DNA from: an uncultured Nitrososphaerota archaeon
GTDB taxonomy: Archaea > Thermoproteota > EX4484-205 > DTQO01
Direction of reading: 5' to 3'
DNA: 35,939 bases
Assembly (NCBI GenBank): GCA_964631995.1
Contig: CAZWAU010000117.1
Span: 1-35,939, forward strand
This document shows, piece after piece, positions 19,031-28,943 of this stretch (its first letter is position 1; every line of letters begins with the position of its first letter). Position numbers and translations under genes: made by a program. The notes under the pieces are model-generated. The model saw only the letters and a list, made by a program, of their open reading frames with translations, made no database searches and was not told the DNA's origin.

Positions 19031-20056
19031 ATGGACGGAAAGATGAAGGCTGCACTGCTTTATGGTCCCTACGACCTGAGAGTAGGGGAAGTTGAAAAGC
19101 CAACCATAGGTGACGATAAGGTTCTAGTTAGGATAGATGCCTGCGGAATCTGCCCGAGCGACATAAGAGCTTATGCTGGGATGAGGAAGGTAGCAAGCTT
19201 TCCATACGTTCCAGGTCACGAATGGGTTGGTCATATCGTAGAGGTAGGGAGGAACGTGCAAGGTTTCCAGGAGGGAGACAGAGTTGTACCTGACTGGAGA
19301 GCTGTCTGTGGTAAATGCTATTACTGCAGGCGAGGCATCTTCAATTACTGCGGAAACCTTGCTAGGGATGCGGTGAGAGGCGGATTCTGCGAGTTCGGTT
19401 ACGCAATCGACCAGAACCTTCGCTTCATTCCAGACAATGTTTCGTATATAGAAGCGTGCTTCACCGAACCTCTAGCTTGCTGCATAAATGGCATAAAAAG
19501 GTGCAACATCAAAGTCGGAGACGATGTTGTCATCGTCGGCTCTGGACCGATCGGGTTGATGCATTTGCAGCTTGCCAAGCATTTTGGAGCGCGTGTTATA
19601 TCGTGCGACATCATAGGAGAAAGGCTTGAAAAAGCTAGAAGCCTTGGGGCGGATGAGACGATCAACCCTTCGGAAGAGGATCCGATCGAAAGAGCAAAAG
19701 AACTGACGGAGGGCAGGGGAGCAAATGCTGTCATTGTCGCCGTTGGCGGTAAAAAACCGATCGAACAAGGAATTGGAATGGCTGGCATACTTGGGGTTGT
19801 CAACTTGTTTGCAGGAACATATCCCCAAACAACGATCGATCTCGATCCAAATGCTGTCCACTATAAGCAGCTGTCTATCACGGGCAGCCACGATTACACG
19901 CCCCATGACTTCACAGTTGCCATCAAGCTCATAGCCAATGGTACAGTTAAAGTAAAGCCGCTGGTAAGTCATGTGCTTCCATTGCAGAAGGTAAAGGAAG
20001 GATTTGACATAGTGGTTGGCCAAAAGGGCCTGAAAGTTGTAATCGAAATGGCGTGA
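19031..20056 (+). CDS. Zn-dependent MDR (L-iditol 2-dehydrogenase-like) dehydrogenase
   Basis: GICPSD, GHEW, CGKCYYC...FNYC, EPLACC, GSGPIG. Start could be 19010, 19031 or 19043. Confidence 0.93.
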   Translation: MDGKMKAALLYGPYDLRVGEVEKPTIGDDKVLVRIDACGICPSDIRAYAGMRKVASFPYVPGHEWVGHIVEVGRNVQGFQEGDRVVPDWRAVCGKCYYCRRGIFNYCGNLARDAVRGGFCEFGYAIDQNLRFIPDNVSYIEACFTEPLACCINGIKRCNIKVGDDVVIVGSGPIGLMHLQLAKHFGARVISCDIIGERLEKARSLGADETINPSEEDPIERAKELTEGRGANAVIVAVGGKKPIEQGIGMAGILGVVNLFAGTYPQTTIDLDPNAVHYKQLSITGSHDYTPHDFTVAIKLIANGTVKVKPLVSHVLPLQKVKEGFDIVVGQKGLKVVIEMA

Positions 20057-20077
20057 GTATAGCAGCGTGCTGAAGCA

Positions 20078-21508
20078 TTGTCTTATCTTCTCTGCGTAGA
20101 CCTGGGAACTTCCGCATGTAAATCTGCCATCTATGATCAAGAGCTTAATGTAAAGGGTCTGGCGAGCGAAGATTTACGAACGGCCTTTCCAAGGCTTATG
20201 TGGGCAGAGCAAAGCCCTGAAGATTGGTGGGCAAAATCTCGCGTCGCGATTAGGCGTTCCATACGAGCTGCAGGAATAAGGCCAAAGGACATTGTAGGTA
20301 CAGGTATCTGCGGACAGGGCCATGGCCCTGTTCTCTTAAATAGTAAGTTCAGAGCACTTTTTCCCTGCATCATCTGGCCAGACCTTAGGGCAATCAAGCA
20401 AGCTGAATTCATCGAGGCCAATCTCCACAGGGGAGCTGCTGCTTACTACACAGCGGCGAAGCTTCTCTGGATCAGGGAAAAATGCCCAAAAATCTTCAAA
20501 GAGATGTGGAAGTTTGTTCTCCCGAAAGACTACATTCGGATTAAGTTGACCGACACAGTCCTGACAGACTCTGGAGATGCAGCTGGAACGATGATGTACT
20601 CCATGGAAGGGAAATCTTGGGACTACGAGCTTGTTGACTTTGTCGGAATTCCTAGGCAGAAGCTTCCAGATGTCCGTCCATCCGAGGAGGTTGTAGGAGA
20701 GGTGACTCGCAAGGCCTCGGCTGAGACCAAGCTAAGGGCGGGTACTCCTGTGATAGCTGGGACAGCCGACTACATTTGCACCAAGCTTGCACTTGAATAC
20801 TACTTGAAACCCCGAAAAGCTGTAGTCTACCTAGGATCGGCGCCGAGTATCTTCACAGTTGGCAAAGGTGGCAATGTGGTTGGTGGATTCATGGGGATTG
20901 GAGGGGCAACTCTTAGATGGTTCAAGGAGAGGCTGTGTTGCCTCGATTCTTCAGCGGTCAATTACGAAGCCCTAGATAAGGAGGCGGAGATGGTCGAACC
21001 TGGCTCCGGGGGACTTTTGTTCTTGCCACACATGATGGGCGAGAGAAAGCCTGCTTACAACCCCTATGCTCGAGGTGTCTTGTTCGGCCTGAGCCTTGGC
21101 CATGAGCGCCGCAACGTAGTAAGAAGCATGATGGAGGGGGTGGCTTTCCAGCTTAAGTGTATCCTGAAAAGTATGCATGATGTTGAGAAGCTGGACGAAA
21201 TCTTGGTCATCGGAGGAGGAGCAAAAAGCTTTACTTGGGTTCAGGTTGTTGCGGACATATTCAATGTGGATGCATGCGTGCCCCATTCGGTAGAAATGGG
21301 AACCCTTGGCTTGGCGGTTCTGCTCTCATCAAGCCTTGGTTTTTTTGGCAGCGTTTCTGAAGCCCAGAAGAAGTTGAGCATCGATGTCGCTAGGAGGGCA
21401 TCTCCTAGAAGAGAGCATCATCGAAAATACGATGAACTGTTCAGCCTCTACTGCGACCTGGAAAAGGCGCTTGCTAGGTTTTATGGGAGGGCACATCCCT
21501 CCTTATAA
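20078..21508 (+). CDS. FGGY family carbohydrate kinase (xylulokinase-like)
   Basis: DLGTSACK, AEQSPEDWW, GQGHG, WPDLR, LPKDY, FLPHMMGER, EGVAF, GGGAKS. Confidence 0.93.
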   Translation: MSYLLCVDLGTSACKSAIYDQELNVKGLASEDLRTAFPRLMWAEQSPEDWWAKSRVAIRRSIRAAGIRPKDIVGTGICGQGHGPVLLNSKFRALFPCIIWPDLRAIKQAEFIEANLHRGAAAYYTAAKLLWIREKCPKIFKEMWKFVLPKDYIRIKLTDTVLTDSGDAAGTMMYSMEGKSWDYELVDFVGIPRQKLPDVRPSEEVVGEVTRKASAETKLRAGTPVIAGTADYICTKLALEYYLKPRKAVVYLGSAPSIFTVGKGGNVVGGFMGIGGATLRWFKERLCCLDSSAVNYEALDKEAEMVEPGSGGLLFLPHMMGERKPAYNPYARGVLFGLSLGHERRNVVRSMMEGVAFQLKCILKSMHDVEKLDEILVIGGGAKSFTWVQVVADIFNVDACVPHSVEMGTLGLAVLLSSSLGFFGSVSEAQKKLSIDVARRASPRREHHRKYDELFSLYCDLEKALARFYGRAHPSL

Positions 21509-21534
21509 AATAGTGTCTACGCAATGAATTTGGT

Positions 21535-23361
21535 TCAAATTTTTGTTACTAAAGTTTGCTCCATCTCTTTAATTGGAGCTGCCCCAAACTGAAGCTCGTA
21601 AAGCTTGCTATATGCTCCGCCCTTCAAGATCAGTTCCTCGTGCCTACCTTCCTCCAAGATCTTCCCGTTCGAGAGGACTATTATGCGCTGTGCAAGCTTG
21701 ACGGTTGAAAGCCTGTGCGCTATCAAGATGCATGTGCGGCCCCTCATCGTTCTTACCATCGCTTTCTGCAGCATCGATTCCGTATACGGATCCAGGCTGC
21801 TTGTTGCCTCATCCAAGATCAGTATCTTTGGATCCTTTAGCATCGCCCTTGCGAAGCTTATCATCTGCCTCTGCCCAACAGAAAGGTTGCTCCCCCCCGG
21901 GGAAACGATAGTATAGAATCCTTCAGGAAGGCTCTTTATCAAATCGTCCATCCCAAGCTCGGAAACTATGCTTTTAACTTGCTCATCAGAAGAATCGCGC
22001 TTCCCCATCCTTATGTTGTTGAGAACTGTGTCGTTGAAGAGTATGGGCTCTTGCGGCACGAGCGATATCTGCCCCCTCAAAGATCTGTATTTGAACTCCT
22101 TTGCATCGTGGCCATCAATCAGGACCTTTCCTGACTGGGGATCGTAGAGCCTCATGATTAAGTTCGTGATTGTCGTCTTTCCAGCTCCTGTTGGACCAAC
22201 TATGGCGACTACCTCAGATGGCTTGACTACCAAGTTCAGCCCCTCGAAAACCTCATTCCCGCCATAACCAAAGCTTACATCCTTGAATACTATCTCGCCT
22301 CTTTCGATCTCTATGTCCCTTGAGCCCTCAAGCTCTACTACGGCTGGCTTGGTCCCGAGGAAGAGGTAGACCCTTTCGGCAGCTGCCAGCGCAGCTTGCA
22401 CGGTGCTGTAGAATGTCGTAAGGGTGATTATCGGCCTGAAGAACATCTCGGAATAGCCGTAGAACGCTATCAAGGTTCCTACACTCATTTCCCCTGAAGC
22501 GACCAGGCTTCCGCCGTAGACGATCAGGATCGCCAAAGAACCCGCCCTTATGGCGTTCAACGAAGGGTTGACCAAGGAGAAGATCAGCCTCGCCCTGATG
22601 TTCGCCCTCATCGTCTCGCCGCTTACCTTCCTGAAAGTCATCGAATCAACCTCCCTTCTTTCCACGAATGACTGTGAAACTTTCGATCCTGAAACGCCCT
22701 GCTCTACATTGCTGGTCAACTCGCTTATCTTCTCCCTCGTGAGCCTGTACGCCTCCCTTGTCTTCTTGGCAAAGTACCTAGAGACGATAACCATCAGAGG
22801 CACGATCGAGAATGTGGCAAGGCTCAGCATCAGGTGGAAACCGACCATCAGGTATATGGTTCCCACGACCGTGAGGGCACCAATCATGACCTCCATCGTG
22901 CCCGAGGTCGCCACATCCCCTATCGCCTCTATGTCGTTGGTCACAAGCGAGATTATCTTGCCCGTCCTTTCCCCGCTTACGTAGCTGACGTCCATTTCTT
23001 CGAGGTGGTCGAAGACCTTTCTCCTCATCTCAAAGAGGAACTGCTGGTTCACAAACCCGGTCAGATAGTTCCTCAAAAACCCCAACGCGAAGCTTGCTGC
23101 GGCGACCGCCACGAGCACTAGCGAGTAATGCAACAGCGATTCTGCATCCTTCTTGGTTATGCCCTCGTCGACGATCAGCTTGCTGATGTACGGGCCAGCC
23201 ATGTTTAAGACAAGGGTCGTGAATGTAGTGGCAATGAGAATCGCTATGGCGAACTTCATCGGCGATAGCTGACGAAGGAGCCACCTAGCTAGTACCGAGG
23301 AAGCTACTTCCTTCGGCCTTCCCTCGGCCTCGACACCATGGAAGTGGTAATGGTGCGACAC
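21535..23361 (-). CDS. ABC exporter TMD-NBD half-transporter (heterodimer subunit with consensus Walker B and H-loop)
   Basis: TM domain plus GPTGAGKT, LSVGQRQ, ILILDEATSSLD and IAHRLST; its start directly abuts the partner's stop codon. Confidence 0.95.
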   Translation of the reverse strand: MSHHYHFHGVEAEGRPKEVASSVLARWLLRQLSPMKFAIAILIATTFTTLVLNMAGPYISKLIVDEGITKKDAESLLHYSLVLVAVAAASFALGFLRNYLTGFVNQQFLFEMRRKVFDHLEEMDVSYVSGERTGKIISLVTNDIEAIGDVATSGTMEVMIGALTVVGTIYLMVGFHLMLSLATFSIVPLMVIVSRYFAKKTREAYRLTREKISELTSNVEQGVSGSKVSQSFVERREVDSMTFRKVSGETMRANIRARLIFSLVNPSLNAIRAGSLAILIVYGGSLVASGEMSVGTLIAFYGYSEMFFRPIITLTTFYSTVQAALAAAERVYLFLGTKPAVVELEGSRDIEIERGEIVFKDVSFGYGGNEVFEGLNLVVKPSEVVAIVGPTGAGKTTITNLIMRLYDPQSGKVLIDGHDAKEFKYRSLRGQISLVPQEPILFNDTVLNNIRMGKRDSSDEQVKSIVSELGMDDLIKSLPEGFYTIVSPGGSNLSVGQRQMISFARAMLKDPKILILDEATSSLDPYTESMLQKAMVRTMRGRTCILIAHRLSTVKLAQRIIVLSNGKILEEGRHEELILKGGAYSKLYELQFGAAPIKEMEQTLVTKI

Positions 23362-25131
23362 CTAACCGCTCACCTCCTGCCGCGCGAACTGGGCCATGTA
23401 CAGCTTGGCATATGCTCCAGACCTCTTGAGAAGGTCCTCGTGTTTTCCATCCTCGACTATTTTTCCACCTTCTATCACTACTATCCTATCTGCCAACTTC
23501 AGTGTTGAAAGCCTCTGCGTTATGATGAAGACGGTCCTGTTCTTAACCAGCTCTTTGAGGGCTTCGTAAATCTCCCTCTCCGTGTCAGCATCGACACTAG
23601 ATGTTGAGTCATCCAGAATTAGGATTGAGGGATCTATGAGAAGTGACCTTGCGATCGCCACCCTCTGCCTCTGCCCTCCCGAAAGAGTGATGCCCCTCTC
23701 CCCAACGAGTGTGTCGTAGCCCTGTGGAAGGGTCTTTATGAAGTCGTGGATTCTTGCTGCCTTTGCCGCAGCCTCTATCTCATCCTGAGTAGCGTTCGGC
23801 TTCCCGTAGGCGATGTTCTCCCGAATCGATAATGGAAAAAGGAAAACATCTTGGTGGACTATGCCAATCCTCTTCCTGAGAGACTCTATCTTTACATGTT
23901 TAATGTCATAATTATCTACTAGGATTCTGCCTCCCTGTGGGTCGTAGAATCTTGGAATTAGCTTGATCAGTGTACTCTTTCCTGAGCCTGTGGATCCTAT
24001 TATGGCGACCTTCTCGCCAGGGGAGACGCTTAGGTTCAAACCCTTCAGAATGGGCTTTGTGCTGTCGTAACCGAATGTGACATCCTCGAACCTTACACTC
24101 CCTGCCAGATTTGGTAGCTCTATTGCATCCTGGCTCTCTTTGACCTCGGGCTCGGTGTCCAAAACCTCGAAGATCCTTTGCGCAGAGACCATCGCCCTCT
24201 GGTACCTGGTCAATATGAAACCGATCGACATTATGGGCCAGGTCATCATGCCCAGGTACATCGTGAATGCTACGAGTTCTCCAAGACTTGTAATGTTGCC
24301 AATAACCTGGAGGCCGCCATACCAGTAGATTGCTGCTGTTCCCATCCCCATTATCAAGCCAAGAGATGGCCAGGTAATGGAGCTGAGTTTCGTGGTCTTC
24401 ATTCCGATATCATACAACTCCCTGTTGCGGCTTTCAAACCTCTGAATCATCTCATTCCCCATGTCAAGCGCCTTAACGACCCTGAATCCTGCGACAACCT
24501 CTTGGACCATCGCATTTACTTTACTGACTTCGGTCCAAACGCGCTGCATGAAAGGCCTAACGACACGGTTGAATGTCAAGGATATGACGGCAACGAAAGG
24601 CGTTATGGAGAAGGCCACAAGAGCTAGACTTCGGTTCTGGAAAAGAAGGATGCAGCTGACCGACACGAGCATGCAAAAAGCATTTACGAGATTGGGCAAA
24701 GCAAACCCGAGGAGCCTTCCTATCTGTTCCATGTCGCTCGTTACTCTGGTTATTATTTGACCAGCGTCAACCTTATCATAGAAACTGTAGGAAAGGTTCT
24801 GAAGGTGCTCGAATATCTCAGTCCTTAATCTGTATACTACCTTTTGGGCAAGCAGCTCTCCGATGATGTCAGACCCGAAGTGTATCAAGCTTCCAAAGAC
24901 CGTCAAGCCCACGATGACAACAGCAAGGACCCATATGTCCGAGACGTTTCCCGCCACAACTCTGTCTATTACCGCTCCAGAAACCATAGGGGCGACAAGG
25001 CCGAGGAGGGACGAGGTGACGGTGAGAGCAGTGGCGCTAAAGAAAAAGGCCTTGTTCATCATCACATACCTGAATACCCTTCGAAAGAGCCTTTGGGGTT
25101 TCGAGGATAATCTTACCAGCCTCCACAGCAT
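23362..25131 (-). CDS. ABC exporter TMD-NBD half-transporter (heterodimer subunit with degenerate Walker B and H-loop)
   Basis: GSTGSGKS, LSGGQRQR, ILILDDSTSSVD (E to D) and ITQR (H to Q), i.e. TM287/288-type asymmetry. Confidence 0.95.
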   Translation of the reverse strand: MLWRLVRLSSKPQRLFRRVFRYVMMNKAFFFSATALTVTSSLLGLVAPMVSGAVIDRVVAGNVSDIWVLAVVIVGLTVFGSLIHFGSDIIGELLAQKVVYRLRTEIFEHLQNLSYSFYDKVDAGQIITRVTSDMEQIGRLLGFALPNLVNAFCMLVSVSCILLFQNRSLALVAFSITPFVAVISLTFNRVVRPFMQRVWTEVSKVNAMVQEVVAGFRVVKALDMGNEMIQRFESRNRELYDIGMKTTKLSSITWPSLGLIMGMGTAAIYWYGGLQVIGNITSLGELVAFTMYLGMMTWPIMSIGFILTRYQRAMVSAQRIFEVLDTEPEVKESQDAIELPNLAGSVRFEDVTFGYDSTKPILKGLNLSVSPGEKVAIIGSTGSGKSTLIKLIPRFYDPQGGRILVDNYDIKHVKIESLRKRIGIVHQDVFLFPLSIRENIAYGKPNATQDEIEAAAKAARIHDFIKTLPQGYDTLVGERGITLSGGQRQRVAIARSLLIDPSILILDDSTSSVDADTEREIYEALKELVKNRTVFIITQRLSTLKLADRIVVIEGGKIVEDGKHEDLLKRSGAYAKLYMAQFARQEVSG

Positions 25132-25443
25132 ATTGCATATCGCCCAGATATTTGTCTTTTGAAGGCTCAGATTTTTATGAATTTAGACAAGTGTCGATGG
25201 CAAAGGAGGAGGCGATAAAGGTGAATCCAATGCCTTGCGCTCTGCCGCATCTTGGCACCAAGAGCTACTGCATCAAGGCTTGAGGAAGTAACGCAATATC
25301 CTTTTTAACAAAGTTTCGTGGAAAGGGAGCAAAATTGCCAACAAAAAATCATAGCTGAGTTTGATTTCGTATGAAGGTTGCCATCGCATTTGAAGGCAAG
25401 ACTTAAAGGAAAGGTGGCATTTAAAGCGCATTGTGACTATGCT

Positions 25444-25929
25444 GTGCCACTTTTAGATGCGATCTTTGAGAGAAGGAGCGTGAGGCGTTATAAGAGAAAG
25501 CAGATTCCAAAGAAAGTTTTGAGGAACATACTGGAGGCTGCGAGACTGGCACCATCTGCGACAAATGCACAACCTTGGCACTTCATCGTGATAACCGATC
25601 AGGAAAAAAAGAATGCCCTCTCCAAAGGAAGGTGGAACAGTTTCATCAGGGACTCGGCTTTCACAGTCGTTGGCTGTGGAGAAAGATCAAGCCGTTGGTC
25701 AACCATAGATATTGCGATAGCGTTGGAAAACATGGTAATTGCGGCAGAGGCTCAAGGGGTTGGGTCCTGCTGGGTTGGGGACTTCAAGGAAAGGCAGGTA
25801 AAGAAGCTTTTGGGGATCCCAAGAAACCTAAAAGTTATCTCGTTGGTCTCTTTTGGCTATCCCTTGGAAAAACCGCCCCCACCTAAAAAGAAAAGCCTAG
25901 AGGAGATCGTACACTACAACGCATTCTAA
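25444..25929 (+). CDS. nitroreductase family protein
   Basis: AIFERRSVRRY, ARLAPSATNAQPWHF, GVGSCWVG, GYP. Start placed at GTG 25444. Confidence 0.92.
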   Translation: MPLLDAIFERRSVRRYKRKQIPKKVLRNILEAARLAPSATNAQPWHFIVITDQEKKNALSKGRWNSFIRDSAFTVVGCGERSSRWSTIDIAIALENMVIAAEAQGVGSCWVGDFKERQVKKLLGIPRNLKVISLVSFGYPLEKPPPPKKKSLEEIVHYNAF

Positions 25930-26003
25930 GCCCACTCAATCCATGGCAAGAAGTAGATCAGGTTCTAAATCTTATCCCGGCGGAATTTCACTAGTTCTCC
26001 CTT

Positions 26004-26316
26004 TTAACTTATCTCTCTTGCCAATTTGACGCCCAATCCGCCAATCTTGCTTCCAGCAGAGGCTACAAAAACCATCAAAATGCTCCAAAGTACTGTATTT
26101 ACCACCTTGCTAACCTGTTCTCCCGGTACTACCTCTACTTCGATCGGCACACCTCCATCTCCTGTTGGTATAGGCAACCTGACACCGCCCATACTGAAAA
26201 TTGTAGGCGGGAGCATGCTGCCCGTGAAAACCGCATACATGAAATAGACGCTAAGCACTATCAAGGCCAACCCGACAGCCAGCAGAGTACCCAACAACCT
26301 TTTCAGCCTTTAACAT
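26004..26316 (-). pseudogene. small 2-TM membrane protein, probably frameshifted near the N-terminus
   Basis: ATG 26316 (24 nt after TTTAAG) reads MLKAEKVVGY, then an indel at about 26286 leads into LLAVGLALIVLSV... The alternative is an intact ORF from TTG 26297. Confidence 0.5.
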
Positions 26317-26433
26317 CTCTAATTGAGTACACACTCATGGCTTAAACTCTTAGAGCCATTCCTAGGTGCGCGTAATTTAATGCTTTCCTACCAACAGTAA
26401 AGCTTATGGATAGAGCAATCGAGATAGTACTCG

Positions 26434-27537
26434 GTGTCTAAAATCCTAGATACTTTCTCAGTGCTGAAGGACATCCTAGACAAGCCAGGTGTAACGGGAT
26501 TCGAGGAGCAGAGGAGGAGGTGCATAGCCGAATACTTTTCAAAGTTCTGTGACAGCGTTTCGACGGATGTCATCGGCAACATAATTGGGACTGTAGGACA
26601 TGGTGAAAAGACGGTCATGCTTGCTGGCCACTACGACCAGATCGGGTTCATGATGTCATATATCGAAGAAGAGGGGTATGCATGTTTCAAGCAGGTTGGG
26701 ACGTGGGACCCAAGGGTCATTTACGGTACGAGGGTTAAGATCTGGACAGGTCAACAACCAACATCATTCGTGACTGGAACGATCGGGGCCCAGCCGGTCC
26801 ACTTGGTTGAAAGAGAGGAGCGCGAGAAGGCCATCAAGATGGAGGATATGCGCATAGACTTTGGAGCATCCAACAGAGCGGAAGCTGAGAAGCTTGGAGT
26901 ATTGCCAGGATGCGTGGCTACGATCGACTCATCCGTTGCAAGGCTCGGAACTGAGAGCAGCGACCTTGTGGTGGGAGCTGGATTCGACGATTCATGCTCC
27001 ATCGCTGCTTTTTTGAAGTGCCTTGAGCTGCTAGAAGATAAGCGCTTAGATAAGGTAAAGGTCTGTGTTGTAGCAACCGTCCAGGAGGAGATAGGCCTCA
27101 GGGGAGCTATGGTCTCAGGATTCAACATCGCTCCATGGTGTGCGATTGCTGTGGATGTGACGCATGCCATCGCCCCTGGAGTCAAGGCCACAAAGGTTGG
27201 AGAGATCAAGCTTGGCGGAGGGCCAGCAATAGGCGTAGGGCCGAACTTCACAAAGGAACTTTGGACTATGATGGTTGAGCAAGCTAAAGTCAAGAAAATA
27301 CCTTTCCAGATAGAGCCTGTGCCTGCAGCGAGCGGAACAGACGCTTGGGCCCTTCAGGTTGTCAGAGGGGGAAGGATAAGTGGCCTCGTCTCAGTACCAA
27401 ACAGGTATATGCATTCAGCCAACGAAGTTATATCGATCAAGGACCTGGAAAATGTGGGAAAACTTCTCGCTGTTACTATCGAGGCTCTTCAAGAAAGCGA
27501 CATCCAGACTTCGCAAATCTTAAAGAAAAGCAAGTAG
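26434..27537 (+). CDS. M42 family (TET-type) metallo-aminopeptidase
   Basis: PGVTGFE, GHYDQIGF, IDFGA, FDD, VQEEIGLRGA, VDVTH, GTDA, RYMHS. Confidence 0.94.
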   Translation: MSKILDTFSVLKDILDKPGVTGFEEQRRRCIAEYFSKFCDSVSTDVIGNIIGTVGHGEKTVMLAGHYDQIGFMMSYIEEEGYACFKQVGTWDPRVIYGTRVKIWTGQQPTSFVTGTIGAQPVHLVEREEREKAIKMEDMRIDFGASNRAEAEKLGVLPGCVATIDSSVARLGTESSDLVVGAGFDDSCSIAAFLKCLELLEDKRLDKVKVCVVATVQEEIGLRGAMVSGFNIAPWCAIAVDVTHAIAPGVKATKVGEIKLGGGPAIGVGPNFTKELWTMMVEQAKVKKIPFQIEPVPAASGTDAWALQVVRGGRISGLVSVPNRYMHSANEVISIKDLENVGKLLAVTIEALQESDIQTSQILKKSK

Positions 27538-27745
27538 CTTCTTGCTCTCTTCCATCATCAATTACCGACATTGTCGTTATTTATGATTAGTCAAAATTTT
27601 GAACGGAATTCTATTTCTAGGATTCCCAATCGAATTTGGTTCATCTCAAATTCAGAAACAATACGAGATTTCAAGGTACCGAAAGCCAAACATAGCCAAC
27701 TACAAGCTGAATGTGGTTAAGAATCGAACAAGAGGAGTTGAGAAC

Positions 27746-28620
27746 ATGATAACTTATCCAACGCCTCTGGTGAAGCTTGATAAGGTAAGCCAGATAGTTG
27801 GAATGGAGGTTTATGGCAAGCTTGAATGCACGAATCCTACTGGCTCCCACAAGGACAGGGAAAGCCTGAAAGTTCTGGAAGATGCGAAATCGAAAGGCTT
27901 CAGGGAGGTTGCGATAACAAGCACTGGAAATGCAGCGATATCGTTGGCTGCCTACTCCCTAGTTTATGGTGTGAGGTGCCATGTCTTTGTGCCCGAAAGT
28001 GTGTCGGAAGAGAAGGCAAGACTAATCGTCTCCTTTGGTGGAGAGCTGCACAAGGTAAGGGGAGGGCTGAAGGAAGTTTATGCTGAATGCGTGGAATTCG
28101 TGGAGAGAAATGGCGTTTATGACGCTAATCCAGGACGCAATTTAAAAAAGATAGAGGGAGACTCTGCCATAGGTACTGAGATAGTCACTCAAATTGAAAA
28201 TCCAAGCTGCGTGTTCGTTCCAACCAACAATGGAACTCTACTTGCCGGAGTTTGGTCTGGATTTAAGAGGACAAAAGCAAGGCCAAGGATGATCGCAGCT
28301 ACGGCGCCAGCTACGGAGGTGGCAGACAGCATAGCAGGTTATAGCAGGCTGGATGAAGAAGCCCTTGACGAGGCGCTCGAAGAGTCAGATGGAATTGTCT
28401 TAAGTGCGAGCGACAAAGACATAGTCGAAGCTGCCATCTTGCTGTCGAAGGAGGAATATTCTGCGAGCCGGCATCGGCAACATCCCTTGCTGTCCTAAAA
28501 CGCTTTCAGACCGAGATTGGGAAAACGCAAGGTTCCACCATAATCCTCATAACAGGAACGATAATAAAGTATCCGACACGCATCATGAATGTCTTCCGTC
28601 ATTCTTTTCCCCAAAGTTGA
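27746..28620 (+). pseudogene. threonine-synthase-like fold-type II PLP enzyme with a -1 frameshift near the C-terminus
   Basis: TPLV, KLECTNPTGSHKDR (PLP Lys), STGNAAISLAAY, VPTNNGTLL. The frame stops at 28498, but the -1 frame from 28453 reads GIFCEPASATSLA...ILITG to TGA 28620. Confidence 0.8.
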
Positions 28621-28632
28621 TTGAAGGTTTTT

Positions 28633-28657
28633 ACATATTAGAGCGCTTTTAATATGT
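28633..28657. repeat. inverted repeat (hairpin or operator)
   Basis: ACATATTA-N9-TAATATGT, perfect 8-bp arms, 12 nt after TGA 28620. Confidence 0.5.
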
Positions 28658-28943
28658 GCCCGTAAGGCTATGCTGTCTCGTAACCAAAATATCTCTTTAC
28701 GCATTTGATACATCGGTTGCACTGCATTTTTCGGAAATCAACTTCTTGGAGATAGATGTCGGAAGAAAGTAGATGGTGGCCACCTTCGTTCATTGAATCA
28801 AACTAAAAATCCATCGTTAGACATGACGATCTCGCAGATGCTCTGTTTCCTAACTTGGCAGTTTGGCAACATAAAGGCATCCCGCTTAGGTGTAGGTACA
28901 TGTTATATCTATGGTGATAAAAGAATTGGCGAGTAAACAGGAG

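Noticed and set aside
19472-20140. Long antisense ORFs (also 361-864, 4074-4592, 13964-14512, 26751-27293, 34343-35044)
   Set aside because: Shadow frames of well-supported genes on the opposite strand.
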